From assembly GCA_963664405.1 (NCBI GenBank), contig OY761158.1, positions 4,224,001 to 4,288,000 on the forward strand: DNA of 64,000 nt. Reading direction: 5' to 3'. This document shows, one piece after another, positions 9,900 to 20,175 of this stretch. Each line of letters starts with the position of its first letter. Positions within the stretch are counted from its first letter, which is position 1. The notes beneath the pieces are model-generated. The model saw nothing but the letters and a program-made list of their open reading frames with translations. It had not been told where the DNA came from and did no database searches. Both the position numbers and the translations under genes were made by a program. This stretch comes from Thermoanaerobaculia bacterium. GTDB lineage: Bacteria > Acidobacteriota > Thermoanaerobaculia > Multivoradales > Multivoraceae.

Positions 9900-10967
9900 G
9901 TGAACACAACGAAGAAGGTGTATTTAGTCGTCGGAGCCGTCTTTGTCGCGCTACTTGTGGCTCTATGGCTTCAGCCTCGGGTCAAAGAGGCCTTGGCGCC
10001 AGTGCCGTTGGCGGCGTTTGCCGCCATCGAAGTCGAGGGAAGCGGTTTGGCGGTTGTGGGTCCGGTAGAGATCCCGGCCGGGACGCCTTTTCGTCTCCGT
10101 GCGGTGCTCGAGGCACAGGAGAGGGACGGCGGGTCGATCTACTACAGCGAGGCTGAGGCTCTCTCGATCGGCGGGACAGCGGTCGCGGCTGAGCAATTGC
10201 GCCGCTGGCACGGCGCCGGAGAAGTCAAGGCTCTGTGGTTCACGGTAGAGGCGAGGTCCGCCTTTCTACAGCTCGACGGGTCGGAGCCTGGAGTGGCGGT
10301 GCGCTTCGAGGAGTTCTTTCATCCTGAGTGGTCGACCCTTTGGACCGTAGATGGCTTCTTGGATAGTCGCAGTTCGGAGCAGGTTACCGGCAGGGACGGG
10401 CAGCACCCCCGCTTCGGCACCCAGCGCTATCAGGTGTGGATCGAGCTCTACTCGGACGACAACCGCCTGGTTCCCAAGGAGCGCTACAAGTCATGGGGGG
10501 CAGGCGATCTCTTGGACCGGGTCACGGAGTTCCCGACGGTGACTGCGCAGCTCCCCGGGGTCGCGGCACCGGCTTCTGCAGCCTTTGGGCTAATCGGGGT
10601 AGGTCTCCCACCGAACCCTTCGGCGGAGCTCTTGGAGCGGATCTCGATTCGCGCGCGGCAGCGACTCCTGTTTACGCAGGTCTCGGTTCTCCGCGGCATC
10701 CTTGGCGTTGCGGGCCAGGACGTGGAAGACGTGGAATGGCGGAATGTCGAGCTTAGCGCCGGGCTGAGCTGGGCCGAGCAGGTGAGTCAGGGCGATCTGG
10801 TAAGGGTTGGGGCTCGTATCGTAGTGCTCCATGAGGATGCCAACGAGAACGGTCTTCTGGATCCCGACGATTTCTGCCTCGACTTCGAGGTAGGGGCAGC
10901 CAAGCGGCGTCTGGCGGATGTATTCCCCGGCGAGGGAGAGGTCGAATGGGCTCATCTGGGGACCTGA
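9900..10967 (+). CDS. Hypothetical membrane-anchored protein
   Basis: Long ORF with one N-terminal hydrophobic helix after KK; fills the gap between the TPR gene and rarA. Confidence 0.7.
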   Translation: MNTTKKVYLVVGAVFVALLVALWLQPRVKEALAPVPLAAFAAIEVEGSGLAVVGPVEIPAGTPFRLRAVLEAQERDGGSIYYSEAEALSIGGTAVAAEQLRRWHGAGEVKALWFTVEARSAFLQLDGSEPGVAVRFEEFFHPEWSTLWTVDGFLDSRSSEQVTGRDGQHPRFGTQRYQVWIELYSDDNRLVPKERYKSWGAGDLLDRVTEFPTVTAQLPGVAAPASAAFGLIGVGLPPNPSAELLERISIRARQRLLFTQVSVLRGILGVAGQDVEDVEWRNVELSAGLSWAEQVSQGDLVRVGARIVVLHEDANENGLLDPDDFCLDFEVGAAKRRLADVFPGEGEVEWAHLGT

Positions 10968-10969
10968 GG

Positions 10970-12304
10970 ATGCCCCTCTTCGAGAGTGACGAAGAAGAGA
11001 CGCCTTCGGGGCCGGAGCCCGGTACTCCGTTGGCGGAGCGCATGCGCCCGAGGACGGTGGACGAGCTTGTAGGCCAAAGTGCGGTCGCGGGTCCCGATGG
11101 CTTTCTGCGCCGCGCGCTGCGGGAGGATCGGGTTCCTTCGTTGATCTTCTGGGGCCCCCCGGGATGCGGAAAGACCACTCTGGCTCGCATCATCGCGAGC
11201 GAGAGCGACTCCTTCTTCGTCTCTTTCAGCGCTGTCACTTCCGGCATCAAGGAGATCAAAGAGGTGATGCGAGACGCGGCGCGGCTTCGTCGCTCTCAGC
11301 GCAGGCTCACCCTGGTGTTTATCGACGAGATCCACCGTTTCAACAAGGCGCAGCAGGATGCCTTCCTGCCTTATGTTGAAAGAGGAGAGATTGTGCTTGT
11401 CGGCGCCACCACCGAGAACCCGTCGTTCGAGCTGAACAACGCGCTGCTCTCGCGCTGCAGAGTCGTGGTGCTCGAGGCACTGGGTGTTGACGAGCTCGTT
11501 CTCCTTCTCGAGCGCGCTCTCTCTGACCCGGATCGCGGTCTCGGAAAGATCGAGGTCGAGGTCGAGGACGATGCACTCGCGGCGATCGCACACCTGGTCT
11601 CGGGAGACGCTCGCAGTGCGCTGAATATCCTCGAGCTCTCGGTTGCGGACACACCCACGGGTCGCAGCCTGAGTGCCGCTACCGTTGCGCAGGTTGCGCA
11701 GCGAAAGATCTTGCTCTACGACAAGGCGGGCGAGGAGCACTTCAACCTCATCTCCGCCCTTCACAAGTCGCTCCGCGAGAGCGAGCCCGATGCCTCGCTC
11801 TATTGGCTCGAGCGGATGCTCCAAGGAGGCGAGGACGCCAACTACGTGGCCCGTCGACTGGTCCGCTTCGCGGCAGAAGACGTCGGGCTGGCGGACCCTC
11901 AAGCGTTGTCGCTCAGTCTTGCCGCTTGGGAGACTTATCAGAGACTCGGCTCTCCCGAGGGCGAGATCGCGTTGGCACAGGCCGTCCTTTACCTCGCGCT
12001 GGCGCCGAAGAGCATCGCCGTCTACAGGGCTCAGAAGGCCGCACGCAAGGCGATCGCAGACTATCCGGCCGAGCCGGTTCCGCACGCTATTCGCAACGCG
12101 CCCACCGCTCTGATGAAGGACCTGGGTTACGGCAAGGACTATGTGTACGGACCGGATACCGAGCAGGGGATGGCCGGTCTCGAGTGCCTTCCGGAGTCTG
12201 TGCGTGGGGCCCGCTTCTACCGCCCGGGAGCGGCTGGGCTCGAGAAGGCGCTAGCCGAGCGCATCGAAGAGCTCGACTCGCTGCGGCGGCGCCTCAGGAA
12301 ATGA
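10970..12304 (+). CDS. rarA: Replication-associated recombination protein A (RarA/MgsA AAA+ ATPase)
   Basis: PLAERMRP, GPPGCGKTT, FIDEIHRFNKAQQD, GATTENPSF, ISALHKSLR. Confidence 0.96.
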   Translation: MPLFESDEEETPSGPEPGTPLAERMRPRTVDELVGQSAVAGPDGFLRRALREDRVPSLIFWGPPGCGKTTLARIIASESDSFFVSFSAVTSGIKEIKEVMRDAARLRRSQRRLTLVFIDEIHRFNKAQQDAFLPYVERGEIVLVGATTENPSFELNNALLSRCRVVVLEALGVDELVLLLERALSDPDRGLGKIEVEVEDDALAAIAHLVSGDARSALNILELSVADTPTGRSLSAATVAQVAQRKILLYDKAGEEHFNLISALHKSLRESEPDASLYWLERMLQGGEDANYVARRLVRFAAEDVGLADPQALSLSLAAWETYQRLGSPEGEIALAQAVLYLALAPKSIAVYRAQKAARKAIADYPAEPVPHAIRNAPTALMKDLGYGKDYVYGPDTEQGMAGLECLPESVRGARFYRPGAAGLEKALAERIEELDSLRRRLRK

Positions 12305-12318
12305 TGGCTATCACTTTC
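12296..12318. repeat. Solo family-A hairpin overlapping the stop codons of convergent rarA and dsbD
   Basis: AGGAAATGATGGCTATCA (12296-12313) is identical to the hairpin in the 47.5-48.0 kb array. Confidence 0.7.
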
Positions 12319-14173
12319 GCAGGTTAGCGACGCTCGCCTTGCCGGAGTCGCTCTGCGAGAGGACTTCCAGGATCTGGCGCTGGCGCAGTAGCTCGGGAAA
12401 CAAATGAGGATCCAGGCCTGGCCGGTAGAGCAGGTAGAAGGGCACGCTGTAGCGGCCGAAGTCGGCGAGGAGGGTAGCGATCTCGTCGTTGCGGTTGGTC
12501 CAATCCGCACGCATCGGGACGACGTCGTGCTTTGCGAAGGCGTCCGCTACCTCCTGGGTCTCCAGCACCAAGCGCTCGTTCACTTTGCAGGTGAAGCACC
12601 AGTCCGCGGTGACGTCGACAAAGACGAGCTTGCCCTGTTCGGCGAGAGCCTCCGCCTCGCTGCGATCGAACTCCGACCAGCCGATGAGGCCGACGTTCTC
12701 CTTGGCGACGCCGGCGCTCACCTGCCCGCCCCAGCCGCTCAGGGCCAGGGTCGCAATGATGGCGGCGACGGAGCCGACACGCGCAACGACCCGCCCCCTC
12801 ACCGAGCTCGAGGTAGCCGTTAGCCAGACGAAGAGAGCGAGCACCAGCAGGCCGACCTCGATGAAGGCGACCCGCTCCGGACGAACCTGTGCGGCCAGGA
12901 CGTAGAGCAGCCAGACCGCTGCCCCAGCGAGAAGGAACCCCATGGTCATCTTCAGCTGCATCATCCACATTCCGGGCTTGGGGAGCCACGAGACGCTGCC
13001 GGGAGCGGCCGCCAAGGCTAGATAGGGGGCCGACATGCCAATGGCGATGGCGGTGAAGACCGCCAGAATCGTCCCTCCGCTCTGGCTGAGGCCGAAGCCG
13101 ACAGCCGTGCCCAGAAAGGGCGCTGAGCATGGCGTTGCCATGAGGGTGGCGAAAAGCCCGGTGGCGAAGTGTCCGAGAACACCGTCGTGGGTTCCGCCGT
13201 CGCCAAATTGCGCCAGGCGCCTGGGCAGTGGAACTTCGAAGATCCCCCATAGATTGAGGCAGAAGAGCACCACCACGATGACCAGGAGAGTGACGAAGGT
13301 CGGATTCTGAAACTGGATACCCCAGCCGACCAGTCCACCGGCAGCCCTAGCCACGATGGCGAGGATGGCGAGAATCCAGAAGGAGACGAGGATTCCGGCT
13401 GAGGTCGCCAAACCACCGATCACCACGCTGCGCCGACCCTTGCCGGCCTTCTGCACGAGTCCGAAGAGCTTGAGAGAAAGAACGGGGAGAACACAGGGCA
13501 TCGCATTGAGGATCACGCCGCCCAGAAGGCCGAGGGCAAGGATGCTGAGCAAACCTGCGGCATCGACCTGCGCGCTGTCGCCGCCTGGACCCTGCGTATC
13601 GTCGCCTACCACGGTAAAAAGGCCGGTGTGCTGGAGCTCGCCCTCCTCACCGATGCTCAGTCGGAGGTTGGCGGTGGCCTCGGTTGGCGGTAGGCAGGTT
13701 CTCTCGTCACAAGCTTGATAGCGGAGACGCGCCTCCACCTCTCCGACGGGGCGATCGAATCCCTTAGGAATCACCACCGATGCGAGGATGTTCGTGGTCC
13801 CCTCGAACACCGCTAGGGGCTCCTCTTCGAACTCGGAGCTCCAGAAGATGTGATCCGGGTACTCGATCTTGGCTTCCGCCCATCCCGAGGGCAGCCGGAG
13901 CTCTAGTTGAGTCGGAATCAAATAGTCGAAGCTGGGGGTGTTGCTCTGGATGTGCCAGCCCGGATCCACCTCGATCGTGGCCGCGATCCTGGCTTCGCCG
14001 CCGGCGAGATAGGCGCTGCGATCGGTGGCGAGTTCGAGCTTTGCCTTCTCGATCGGCGGGCGTTGGGCGGAGGCCTGTTGGCTGGAGCCGACGGAGATCA
14101 GAGCCAGCGCCACGAGGACTGCGCGCAGCCGCCGTCGTTGCGAAGCGCTCTGGTGCCGTTCGTTCAGGCGCAT
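12311..14173 (-). CDS. dsbD: Thiol:disulfide interchange protein DsbD family
   Basis: N-domain QACDERTC, transmembrane LNAMPCVLPV and ATPCSAPFLG, C-terminal thioredoxin ADWCFTC. Confidence 0.93.
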   Translation of the reverse strand: MRLNERHQSASQRRRLRAVLVALALISVGSSQQASAQRPPIEKAKLELATDRSAYLAGGEARIAATIEVDPGWHIQSNTPSFDYLIPTQLELRLPSGWAEAKIEYPDHIFWSSEFEEEPLAVFEGTTNILASVVIPKGFDRPVGEVEARLRYQACDERTCLPPTEATANLRLSIGEEGELQHTGLFTVVGDDTQGPGGDSAQVDAAGLLSILALGLLGGVILNAMPCVLPVLSLKLFGLVQKAGKGRRSVVIGGLATSAGILVSFWILAILAIVARAAGGLVGWGIQFQNPTFVTLLVIVVVLFCLNLWGIFEVPLPRRLAQFGDGGTHDGVLGHFATGLFATLMATPCSAPFLGTAVGFGLSQSGGTILAVFTAIAIGMSAPYLALAAAPGSVSWLPKPGMWMMQLKMTMGFLLAGAAVWLLYVLAAQVRPERVAFIEVGLLVLALFVWLTATSSSVRGRVVARVGSVAAIIATLALSGWGGQVSAGVAKENVGLIGWSEFDRSEAEALAEQGKLVFVDVTADWCFTCKVNERLVLETQEVADAFAKHDVVPMRADWTNRNDEIATLLADFGRYSVPFYLLYRPGLDPHLFPELLRQRQILEVLSQSDSGKASVANLRK

Positions 14174-15036
14174 TCGCGCTCTTTGCCGATGGACTCGAGA
14201 GCGTCCTCCGCGACCCGGATGAAGATCCCGTCCGGGTGCTCCGAGACGAAGGCCTCCAGGGCACTCTGCGCCTCGAGGCACGCCCTCGCGTCATGTGCGA
14301 TGTGGTAGGAAAGTAGGTCGTTGAGCTCTATGAGCTCGTCGATATGGAGCTCTGATGCCATTCCTCGCACCTGAGCCTGGGCCGATCGCGCGTCTTCGAA
14401 GGCGCCCTGTAGGCGTAGAGAGTCCGCGTAGTAGAAGCGGTTCCAGACATCGTCTTCGCTGCCGCTCTCGACGGTTGAGAGCAGGCGCCGGTAGAGCTCT
14501 GACGCGCGCGCGCCATCTCGTCGCGCATGGAAGTCATCCGCCAGTGTCTTTAGCATGTCTCGGTCGGCGCTTTCTTCGAGATTGTCATAGCTTCGCACCA
14601 GCATCTGAAACATCGCTCTTTCGAGCTCGAGGTTCTGAATATACGGCTCGGTCGGGGCAAAGCCCTGCAGCTCTCCTACCTTGACCAGGTTGGCGTCTAG
14701 AAGAAGCGTCGTCGGTAGGCTGACGATGCCGAAGTCTGCTTGAAGCCGTGCTCCCTCACCCTCATCCTCGGTATTGACCCGCAGTAAGACGAAGTTCTTT
14801 GCGAAGTCTTGGAAGGTGGGAGTGGAGAAAACCTCTTCCTCGAGCTTCTTGCACCAGGAACACCAATCGGCCCAAAGGTCGACGAAGATCAGGCGACCGT
14901 CCTCTCGGGCCGCTGACTGAGCCGCCGAGACACTGGCGAGCCAGCCCGCGTCCTCGGGTGGAGCGGCTGTCGCGACCGCCGTGCACACGACTGTGATCAG
15001 GGCGCCGGCGAGCGTTATTCTTGGCGTTGAGTCCAC
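14164..15036 (-). CDS. Exported thioredoxin-family protein with C-terminal helical repeats
   Basis: Signal-like N-terminus, ADWCSWC and cis-Pro motif SLPT; overlaps the dsbD start. Confidence 0.85.
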   Translation of the reverse strand: MDSTPRITLAGALITVVCTAVATAAPPEDAGWLASVSAAQSAAREDGRLIFVDLWADWCSWCKKLEEEVFSTPTFQDFAKNFVLLRVNTEDEGEGARLQADFGIVSLPTTLLLDANLVKVGELQGFAPTEPYIQNLELERAMFQMLVRSYDNLEESADRDMLKTLADDFHARRDGARASELYRRLLSTVESGSEDDVWNRFYYADSLRLQGAFEDARSAQAQVRGMASELHIDELIELNDLLSYHIAHDARACLEAQSALEAFVSEHPDGIFIRVAEDALESIGKERECA

Positions 15037-15073
15037 GGTATTTTCCCTTCTGAATGATACCATTCGCCCCCTC

Positions 15074-16243
15074 ATGAAACTGGCCGCAAGGGCGTCTCGC
15101 ATCGGAGAATCAGCCACCATGAAGGTGTCGCGGATGGCCGCTGAGTTGAAGGCTAAGGGCGTCAGAGTCGTTGATTTCGGCGCCGGCGAGCCGGACTTCG
15201 ATTCGCCTTCGGTAGCTGTCGAGAAGGCCCGCCTCTCCCTCGCCGAGGGCTTCACCAAATATACGCCGGCAGCGGGGCTCACGGATCTGCGCCACGCCCT
15301 TCTGGAACGTTATCGGCGGGACTTCGGCACCCCTTGGAGGGAGCTCGAGGAAGTCGTGATCACGGTGGGTGCGAAAGCTGCTCTCTTCGAGCTCGCGCTT
15401 GCGCTCTACGATCATGGCGACGAGGTGATCATTCCTTCACCCTCGTGGGTTACCTTCGCCGAGCAGGTGAGATTCTGTGGGGCATTGCCGGTGCCGGTAG
15501 AGACTTCTGCGGACGACGGTTTCCGTATTCACGCTGACGCTGTGCTCGGAGCTCTATCCGGAGCGACTCGGGCGATCCTGCTCAACTCTCCCTGTAACCC
15601 GACCGGAGGCATGCTCGCCGGCGATGATCTTCGTCGCATCGTGGAAGTCGCTGCCGACCGCGATCTTGTCGTGATCGCCGACGAGACCTACGAGCGCTTT
15701 GTTTACGATCAGTCGAGCTTTCCCAGCTGTGCCGCGCTGGCGGCGGAGTTTCCCAACACTGTGCTCTTGGTCGGCTCGTTCTCCAAGACCTACGCGATGA
15801 CCGGTTGGAGGGTCGGCTACCTGCTCGGGCCACCTGAGGTCCTTGGCTCTGTCGCGGCGATTCAGAGTCACGCGACGTCGAATCCCACTTCCTTCGCAAT
15901 GACCGGGGCGCTCGCAGCACTGAACGGGGCTGAGGATGATGTCGCTGCGATGATCGAGGAGTTCCGCTGCCGTCGGGATCTAGTGGTCGCAGGTCTCAAT
16001 CGGCTCTCCGGAGTGAGTTGCAAACCCCCCAGCGGTGCTTTCTACGCATTCCCTCGCGTGTCTGACTGCTATGCCAACGGTCAGGGCTCTCTGGAGTTTG
16101 CGAGCTTCTTGCTCGACGAGGCAGGCGTGGCGGTCGTCCCAGGTGTTGCCTTCGGCGCTGACGATCACATCCGAATCTCTTTCACCTGCTCCCGCGAGGA
16201 GCTCGATGAAGGCCTGGGTCGCATCGAGCGGGCTCTCGCTTGA
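15074..16243 (+). CDS. PLP-dependent class I aminotransferase (aspartate aminotransferase type)
   Basis: GEPDF, NSPCNPTG, DETY, SFSKTYAMTGWRVG, GAFY. Confidence 0.93.
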   Translation: MKLAARASRIGESATMKVSRMAAELKAKGVRVVDFGAGEPDFDSPSVAVEKARLSLAEGFTKYTPAAGLTDLRHALLERYRRDFGTPWRELEEVVITVGAKAALFELALALYDHGDEVIIPSPSWVTFAEQVRFCGALPVPVETSADDGFRIHADAVLGALSGATRAILLNSPCNPTGGMLAGDDLRRIVEVAADRDLVVIADETYERFVYDQSSFPSCAALAAEFPNTVLLVGSFSKTYAMTGWRVGYLLGPPEVLGSVAAIQSHATSNPTSFAMTGALAALNGAEDDVAAMIEEFRCRRDLVVAGLNRLSGVSCKPPSGAFYAFPRVSDCYANGQGSLEFASFLLDEAGVAVVPGVAFGADDHIRISFTCSREELDEGLGRIERALA

Positions 16244-16258
16244 GAGGCTGAGCCCGTC

Positions 16259-17362
16259 GTGCAGCGCCGACCGTTTCTCTCCGCCTCCGTGAGCCTGGGA
16301 AGCGTTCTCGGCATTCCGATTCGTCTCCACCTCACTTTTCTTCTGCTGATCGCCTGGCTGGTGTGGCAGGCCGCCAGCCGCGGCGGTGACGGTGCCGTCG
16401 GCCTGGTCCTTGTCCTTCTTCTTTTCTCCTTTGTCGTTCTCCACGAGCTTGGGCATGCGTTGATGGCGCGCGTTTGCAGGGTCCGCACTCGAGAGATCGT
16501 CATCCTGCCTATCGGAGGGCTTGCAAGGCTGGAGAGAATGCCGAGCGGCGCGGTCGAGCTCGCGATCGCGTTGTCCGGCCCCGCCGTCAACTTGGGCCTC
16601 GGCTTGCTCTTTGGCTCACTCGGCCTTCTACTCTTCGACGTCCCCGCGGATTGGAGCCTCGGCGGGGGCCTCCGCCCTGCAGTGGTGGTGTGGAGTGCGG
16701 CGGTGACCAACTTTGCCCTGATGGCCTTCAACCTCCTGCCGGCTTTCCCGATGGACGGCGGTCGCGTTCTGCGCGCCCTTCTGAGTTTCTTCATGCCCCT
16801 GGAGAGGGCGACTCGGCTGGCGGCGAGGGTAGGTCAGGCCGTGGCAATCGTTTTCGTGGTCCTTGGTTTTGCCGCCACCAACCCCGCTCTTGCTCTGGTG
16901 GGCATGTTGGTTTTCGTCGGAGCGGCAAATGAAGGACTTTTTCAGGCGAGCCGTACCCGCCTCACCGGGCGTGTCGCTGAGGACGCGATGATTACTCGTT
17001 TCGACACGGTGGCGCCGCAAGACTCCTTGGCCGACGCAGCTCGCCTATTGCTCGCCTCTGACCAGGAGGTCTTTCCAGTTGTCGATGCTTGGGGCAGGCT
17101 CGCCGGCGTCTTGTCGCGCGACGGACTTTTCGCCGGCATCACGAAACGGGGCGCAGAGACCGCGATACTCGAGGTGATGGAGAGAGAGTTCCCAGTGGCC
17201 AACAAGAGCTTGCCGTTGGACGAGCTGGTGGACAAGCTCGAGAATGCACAGCAGCTGCCGGTCTTTGTGATCGAGGACTCCAGATTGGTGGGATTCGTCA
17301 CCAGCGAGAACATGGCCGAGCTGGTCGAGATCTCGAGATTGCTCGACGTCCCCGACGAGTGA
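16259..17362 (+). CDS. Site-2 protease (M50) with tandem CBS domains
   Basis: HELGH, AGP-like SGPAVN, FNLLPAFPMDGGR; C-terminal CBS pair. Confidence 0.93.
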   Translation: MQRRPFLSASVSLGSVLGIPIRLHLTFLLLIAWLVWQAASRGGDGAVGLVLVLLLFSFVVLHELGHALMARVCRVRTREIVILPIGGLARLERMPSGAVELAIALSGPAVNLGLGLLFGSLGLLLFDVPADWSLGGGLRPAVVVWSAAVTNFALMAFNLLPAFPMDGGRVLRALLSFFMPLERATRLAARVGQAVAIVFVVLGFAATNPALALVGMLVFVGAANEGLFQASRTRLTGRVAEDAMITRFDTVAPQDSLADAARLLLASDQEVFPVVDAWGRLAGVLSRDGLFAGITKRGAETAILEVMEREFPVANKSLPLDELVDKLENAQQLPVFVIEDSRLVGFVTSENMAELVEISRLLDVPDE

Positions 17363-17415
17363 GCCTTCGCGTCACTGCTAGACTGAGAGGTGGCATTGCT
17401 TCTCCCGGAGGTTCG

Positions 17416-18048
17416 ATGATGGAGAGAGACGACAAGAGGAAAGTGTCAGAGAGCGGAGTCTCGCGCAGAGACTTTCTTCGCGGGGGCGCTGCTGGGGCGG
17501 TAGCGACCGGCATCATGCCGGCGGCTCTTCGTGGCGAGAATGCTTCCGGGGACGCAGCCTCGGGAACGGAGGTCGTGGGCCCGGGCAAGGTGCCGATGAC
17601 TCTCGACGTCAACGGTCGTAGGCTCGAGCTCGAGCTCGAGCCCCGGGTGACCTTGCTCGATGCCTTGCGAAACCACCTCTCCATTACCGGCGCGAAGAAG
17701 GTCTGTGATCGAGCGACCTGCGGTGCGTGCACGGTAATTGTCGACGACAAGCCCGTCTACGCCTGCTCCATGCTCGCGATCGAGGCTCAGGGCGCATCAA
17801 TCGTCACCATCGAGGGACTGGGCACGCCTGAGCAGATGCACCCGATCCAGGCCGCATTTGTCGACAACGATGGCCAACAGTGCGGCTATTGCACACCTGG
17901 TTTCGTCATGGCGTGCAAGGCTTTCCTCGATGCCAATCCGACTCCGTCGAAGCTCGAGATCGAACGGGGCCTTGGCGGTAACCTGTGCAGATGCGGCACT
18001 TACAACGGCATCAAACAGCTGCTACTTGAAGGGAAGGGGGTGGCCTAA
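17416..18048 (+). CDS. Xanthine dehydrogenase-family 2Fe-2S subunit with Tat signal (PaoA/YagT-like)
   Basis: SRRDFL twin-arginine motif; CDRATCGAC...C, QCGYC and CRC. Confidence 0.93.
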   Translation: MMERDDKRKVSESGVSRRDFLRGGAAGAVATGIMPAALRGENASGDAASGTEVVGPGKVPMTLDVNGRRLELELEPRVTLLDALRNHLSITGAKKVCDRATCGACTVIVDDKPVYACSMLAIEAQGASIVTIEGLGTPEQMHPIQAAFVDNDGQQCGYCTPGFVMACKAFLDANPTPSKLEIERGLGGNLCRCGTYNGIKQLLLEGKGVA

Positions 18049-20175
18049 GTGGTCGAGTACAGCTGGCCGCCGGCCGACAAGCGAGATCTCCTCGGCGATC
18101 GCATCTCCCGTCTCGACGGTCCCGCCAAGAGCACCGGGGCCGCGAAGTACCCTTCTGATCAAAACCCGGAGGGGCTACTCCACGCCAAGATTCTCACCTG
18201 TCCTCACGGCCGAGCCAGGATCAAGTCGATAGATATCTCGGCTGCGCGTCAGATGCCGGGAGTACGGGCGGCCCGAGTTCTCCAAGAGCCCGGCGCCGAG
18301 ATTCAGTGGGCCCATGACGAGATCGCTGCGGTAGCCGCCGATTCCGAGGAGCTCGCGGAGGACGCGCTCCGTGCGATCAAGGTGGAGTACGAGATTCTGC
18401 CTCATTACGTCGATGAAGCCGACCCCGCCAAGGCGCCGGAGACCAAGCCGGGTAGAGAGCGAGTAGTCGGGGACCCCTTGGCCGCTCTCGAGAGCGCCGC
18501 GGTTACGGTCGAGCGCGAGCTGTCGGTGCCGATGATCAATCACTGTTGCCTCGAGCCCCATGGTCAGGTGACGGCCTGGGATGGCGACGAGCTCACCGTA
18601 TGGGCCTCGACACAGGCGGTCTCGACGCTTGCGTTTCAGTTCGCCGAGCCGCTCGGCGTCCCGGCTTCTGCAGTGCGGATCAAGACCGATTACATGGGAG
18701 GCGGCTTCGGATCCAAGTTCTCGGTCGATCGATGGGGTATCGAGGGTGCTCAATTAGCACGCGACGCGGGGCGCTCGGTGAAGCTCTTTTTGGAGCGCGA
18801 CCACGAGCTTGCCGTTGCCGGTAGCCGACCCTCAGCCTTTGCGCGGATCAAGGCCGGGGCGGATCGGGAGGGCAATCTCGTGAGCTGGGTTTCCGAGTCC
18901 TGGGGCAGTGGCGGTATGCCGGGGACGGGCACGACTCCGCTGCCTTACGTCTTCGAGCCTCCAGACCGGAGCACTTCGCACACCTCGGTACCGACGAACT
19001 TCGCCGGCTCGCGCGCGTGGCGCGCTCCCAACCATCCCCAGGCCGCTTTTCTGACGATGTCGATCATCGAGGACCTGGCTGCCGAGCTCGAGATGGACCC
19101 CCTCGACTTCGTCCATCGCAATCTCGGGATCGCCAACCAAGACCGCGTAAAGGTCTACGAAGAAGAGCTCGCAATCGCTGCCGATCTGATGGATTGGAAA
19201 GCGCGATGGCGACCCAGAGGCACTGAGACCGGAATCGTACGTCGGGGCCTCGGCCTTTCGCTTCACACCTGGGGAGGCAGGGGCCATCGCAGCGCCTGCG
19301 ATGTGAAGGTCCATCCGGACGGCGCTGTCGAGGCCTTCATCGGTACCCAAGATCTCGGCACCGGAACCCGCACCGTCATCACCATGGTCCTCGCCGATAC
19401 CTTCGGGCTCGAGCTGGGGCAAGTGAAGGTCCACATCGGGGATAGTCGTTATCCTCAATCTGGCCCCTCGGGTGGGAGCACGACGGTCGGTGGGGTCTGC
19501 TCCTCTACTCGGCGCGCGGCTCAGAATGCTCTCGCCGAGCTTTTCGCCAAAGTGGCTCCCGATCTGGGCGTCGAGGCCGGTCGGCTCGAGGCCAGGGGTG
19601 GCAAGGTCTATGTCGCCGGCGACCCGAGCCGTGGGCTGAGCTGGAAAGAAGCCGCCGGCCGCATCGGCGCCGTACCGATCGCGGTGAGCGGGCGCAACCC
19701 GGGAAAGGGGCAGCTGACGGACAGCGGTGTCGGAGGCGTAGGGATGGCCGATGTGTCGGTCGATGTCGAGACCGGTATCGTCAAGGTTAATCGTATGGTG
19801 GCGGTCCAGGACGTCGGGCTCGTGGTCAACGAGAAGTTGGCCGAGACCCAGATCTTCGGCGCCCTGATCATGGGAGTGAGCTCGGCGCTCTACGAAGAGA
19901 GGATCGTGGATCCGGGCAGCGGGCGTCTTCTCAACCCGAATATGGAGTTCTACAAGCTTGCCGGCATCGGCGATGTCGGTGAGTTCAAGGTTCATCTCAT
20001 GACGGGTCCTGGGTACGACGAGCGTGGCGTGATCGGTATCGGTGAGCCGCCGATGATCTCTCCGCTGGCCGCTATCGGCAATGCGGTCTCCAACGCGATT
20101 GGCGTCCGAGTAACCGAGGCGCCATTCACTCCCGATCGTGTGCTCGCTGCTCTCGAGGCGGAAGGGGGCGCGTGA
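18049..20175 (+). CDS. Xanthine dehydrogenase-family molybdopterin-binding subunit
   Basis: MGGGFGSK, WRAP, QDLGTG, GGSTT and catalytic GIGEPP. Confidence 0.93.
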   Translation: MVEYSWPPADKRDLLGDRISRLDGPAKSTGAAKYPSDQNPEGLLHAKILTCPHGRARIKSIDISAARQMPGVRAARVLQEPGAEIQWAHDEIAAVAADSEELAEDALRAIKVEYEILPHYVDEADPAKAPETKPGRERVVGDPLAALESAAVTVERELSVPMINHCCLEPHGQVTAWDGDELTVWASTQAVSTLAFQFAEPLGVPASAVRIKTDYMGGGFGSKFSVDRWGIEGAQLARDAGRSVKLFLERDHELAVAGSRPSAFARIKAGADREGNLVSWVSESWGSGGMPGTGTTPLPYVFEPPDRSTSHTSVPTNFAGSRAWRAPNHPQAAFLTMSIIEDLAAELEMDPLDFVHRNLGIANQDRVKVYEEELAIAADLMDWKARWRPRGTETGIVRRGLGLSLHTWGGRGHRSACDVKVHPDGAVEAFIGTQDLGTGTRTVITMVLADTFGLELGQVKVHIGDSRYPQSGPSGGSTTVGGVCSSTRRAAQNALAELFAKVAPDLGVEAGRLEARGGKVYVAGDPSRGLSWKEAAGRIGAVPIAVSGRNPGKGQLTDSGVGGVGMADVSVDVETGIVKVNRMVAVQDVGLVVNEKLAETQIFGALIMGVSSALYEERIVDPGSGRLLNPNMEFYKLAGIGDVGEFKVHLMTGPGYDERGVIGIGEPPMISPLAAIGNAVSNAIGVRVTEAPFTPDRVLAALEAEGGA

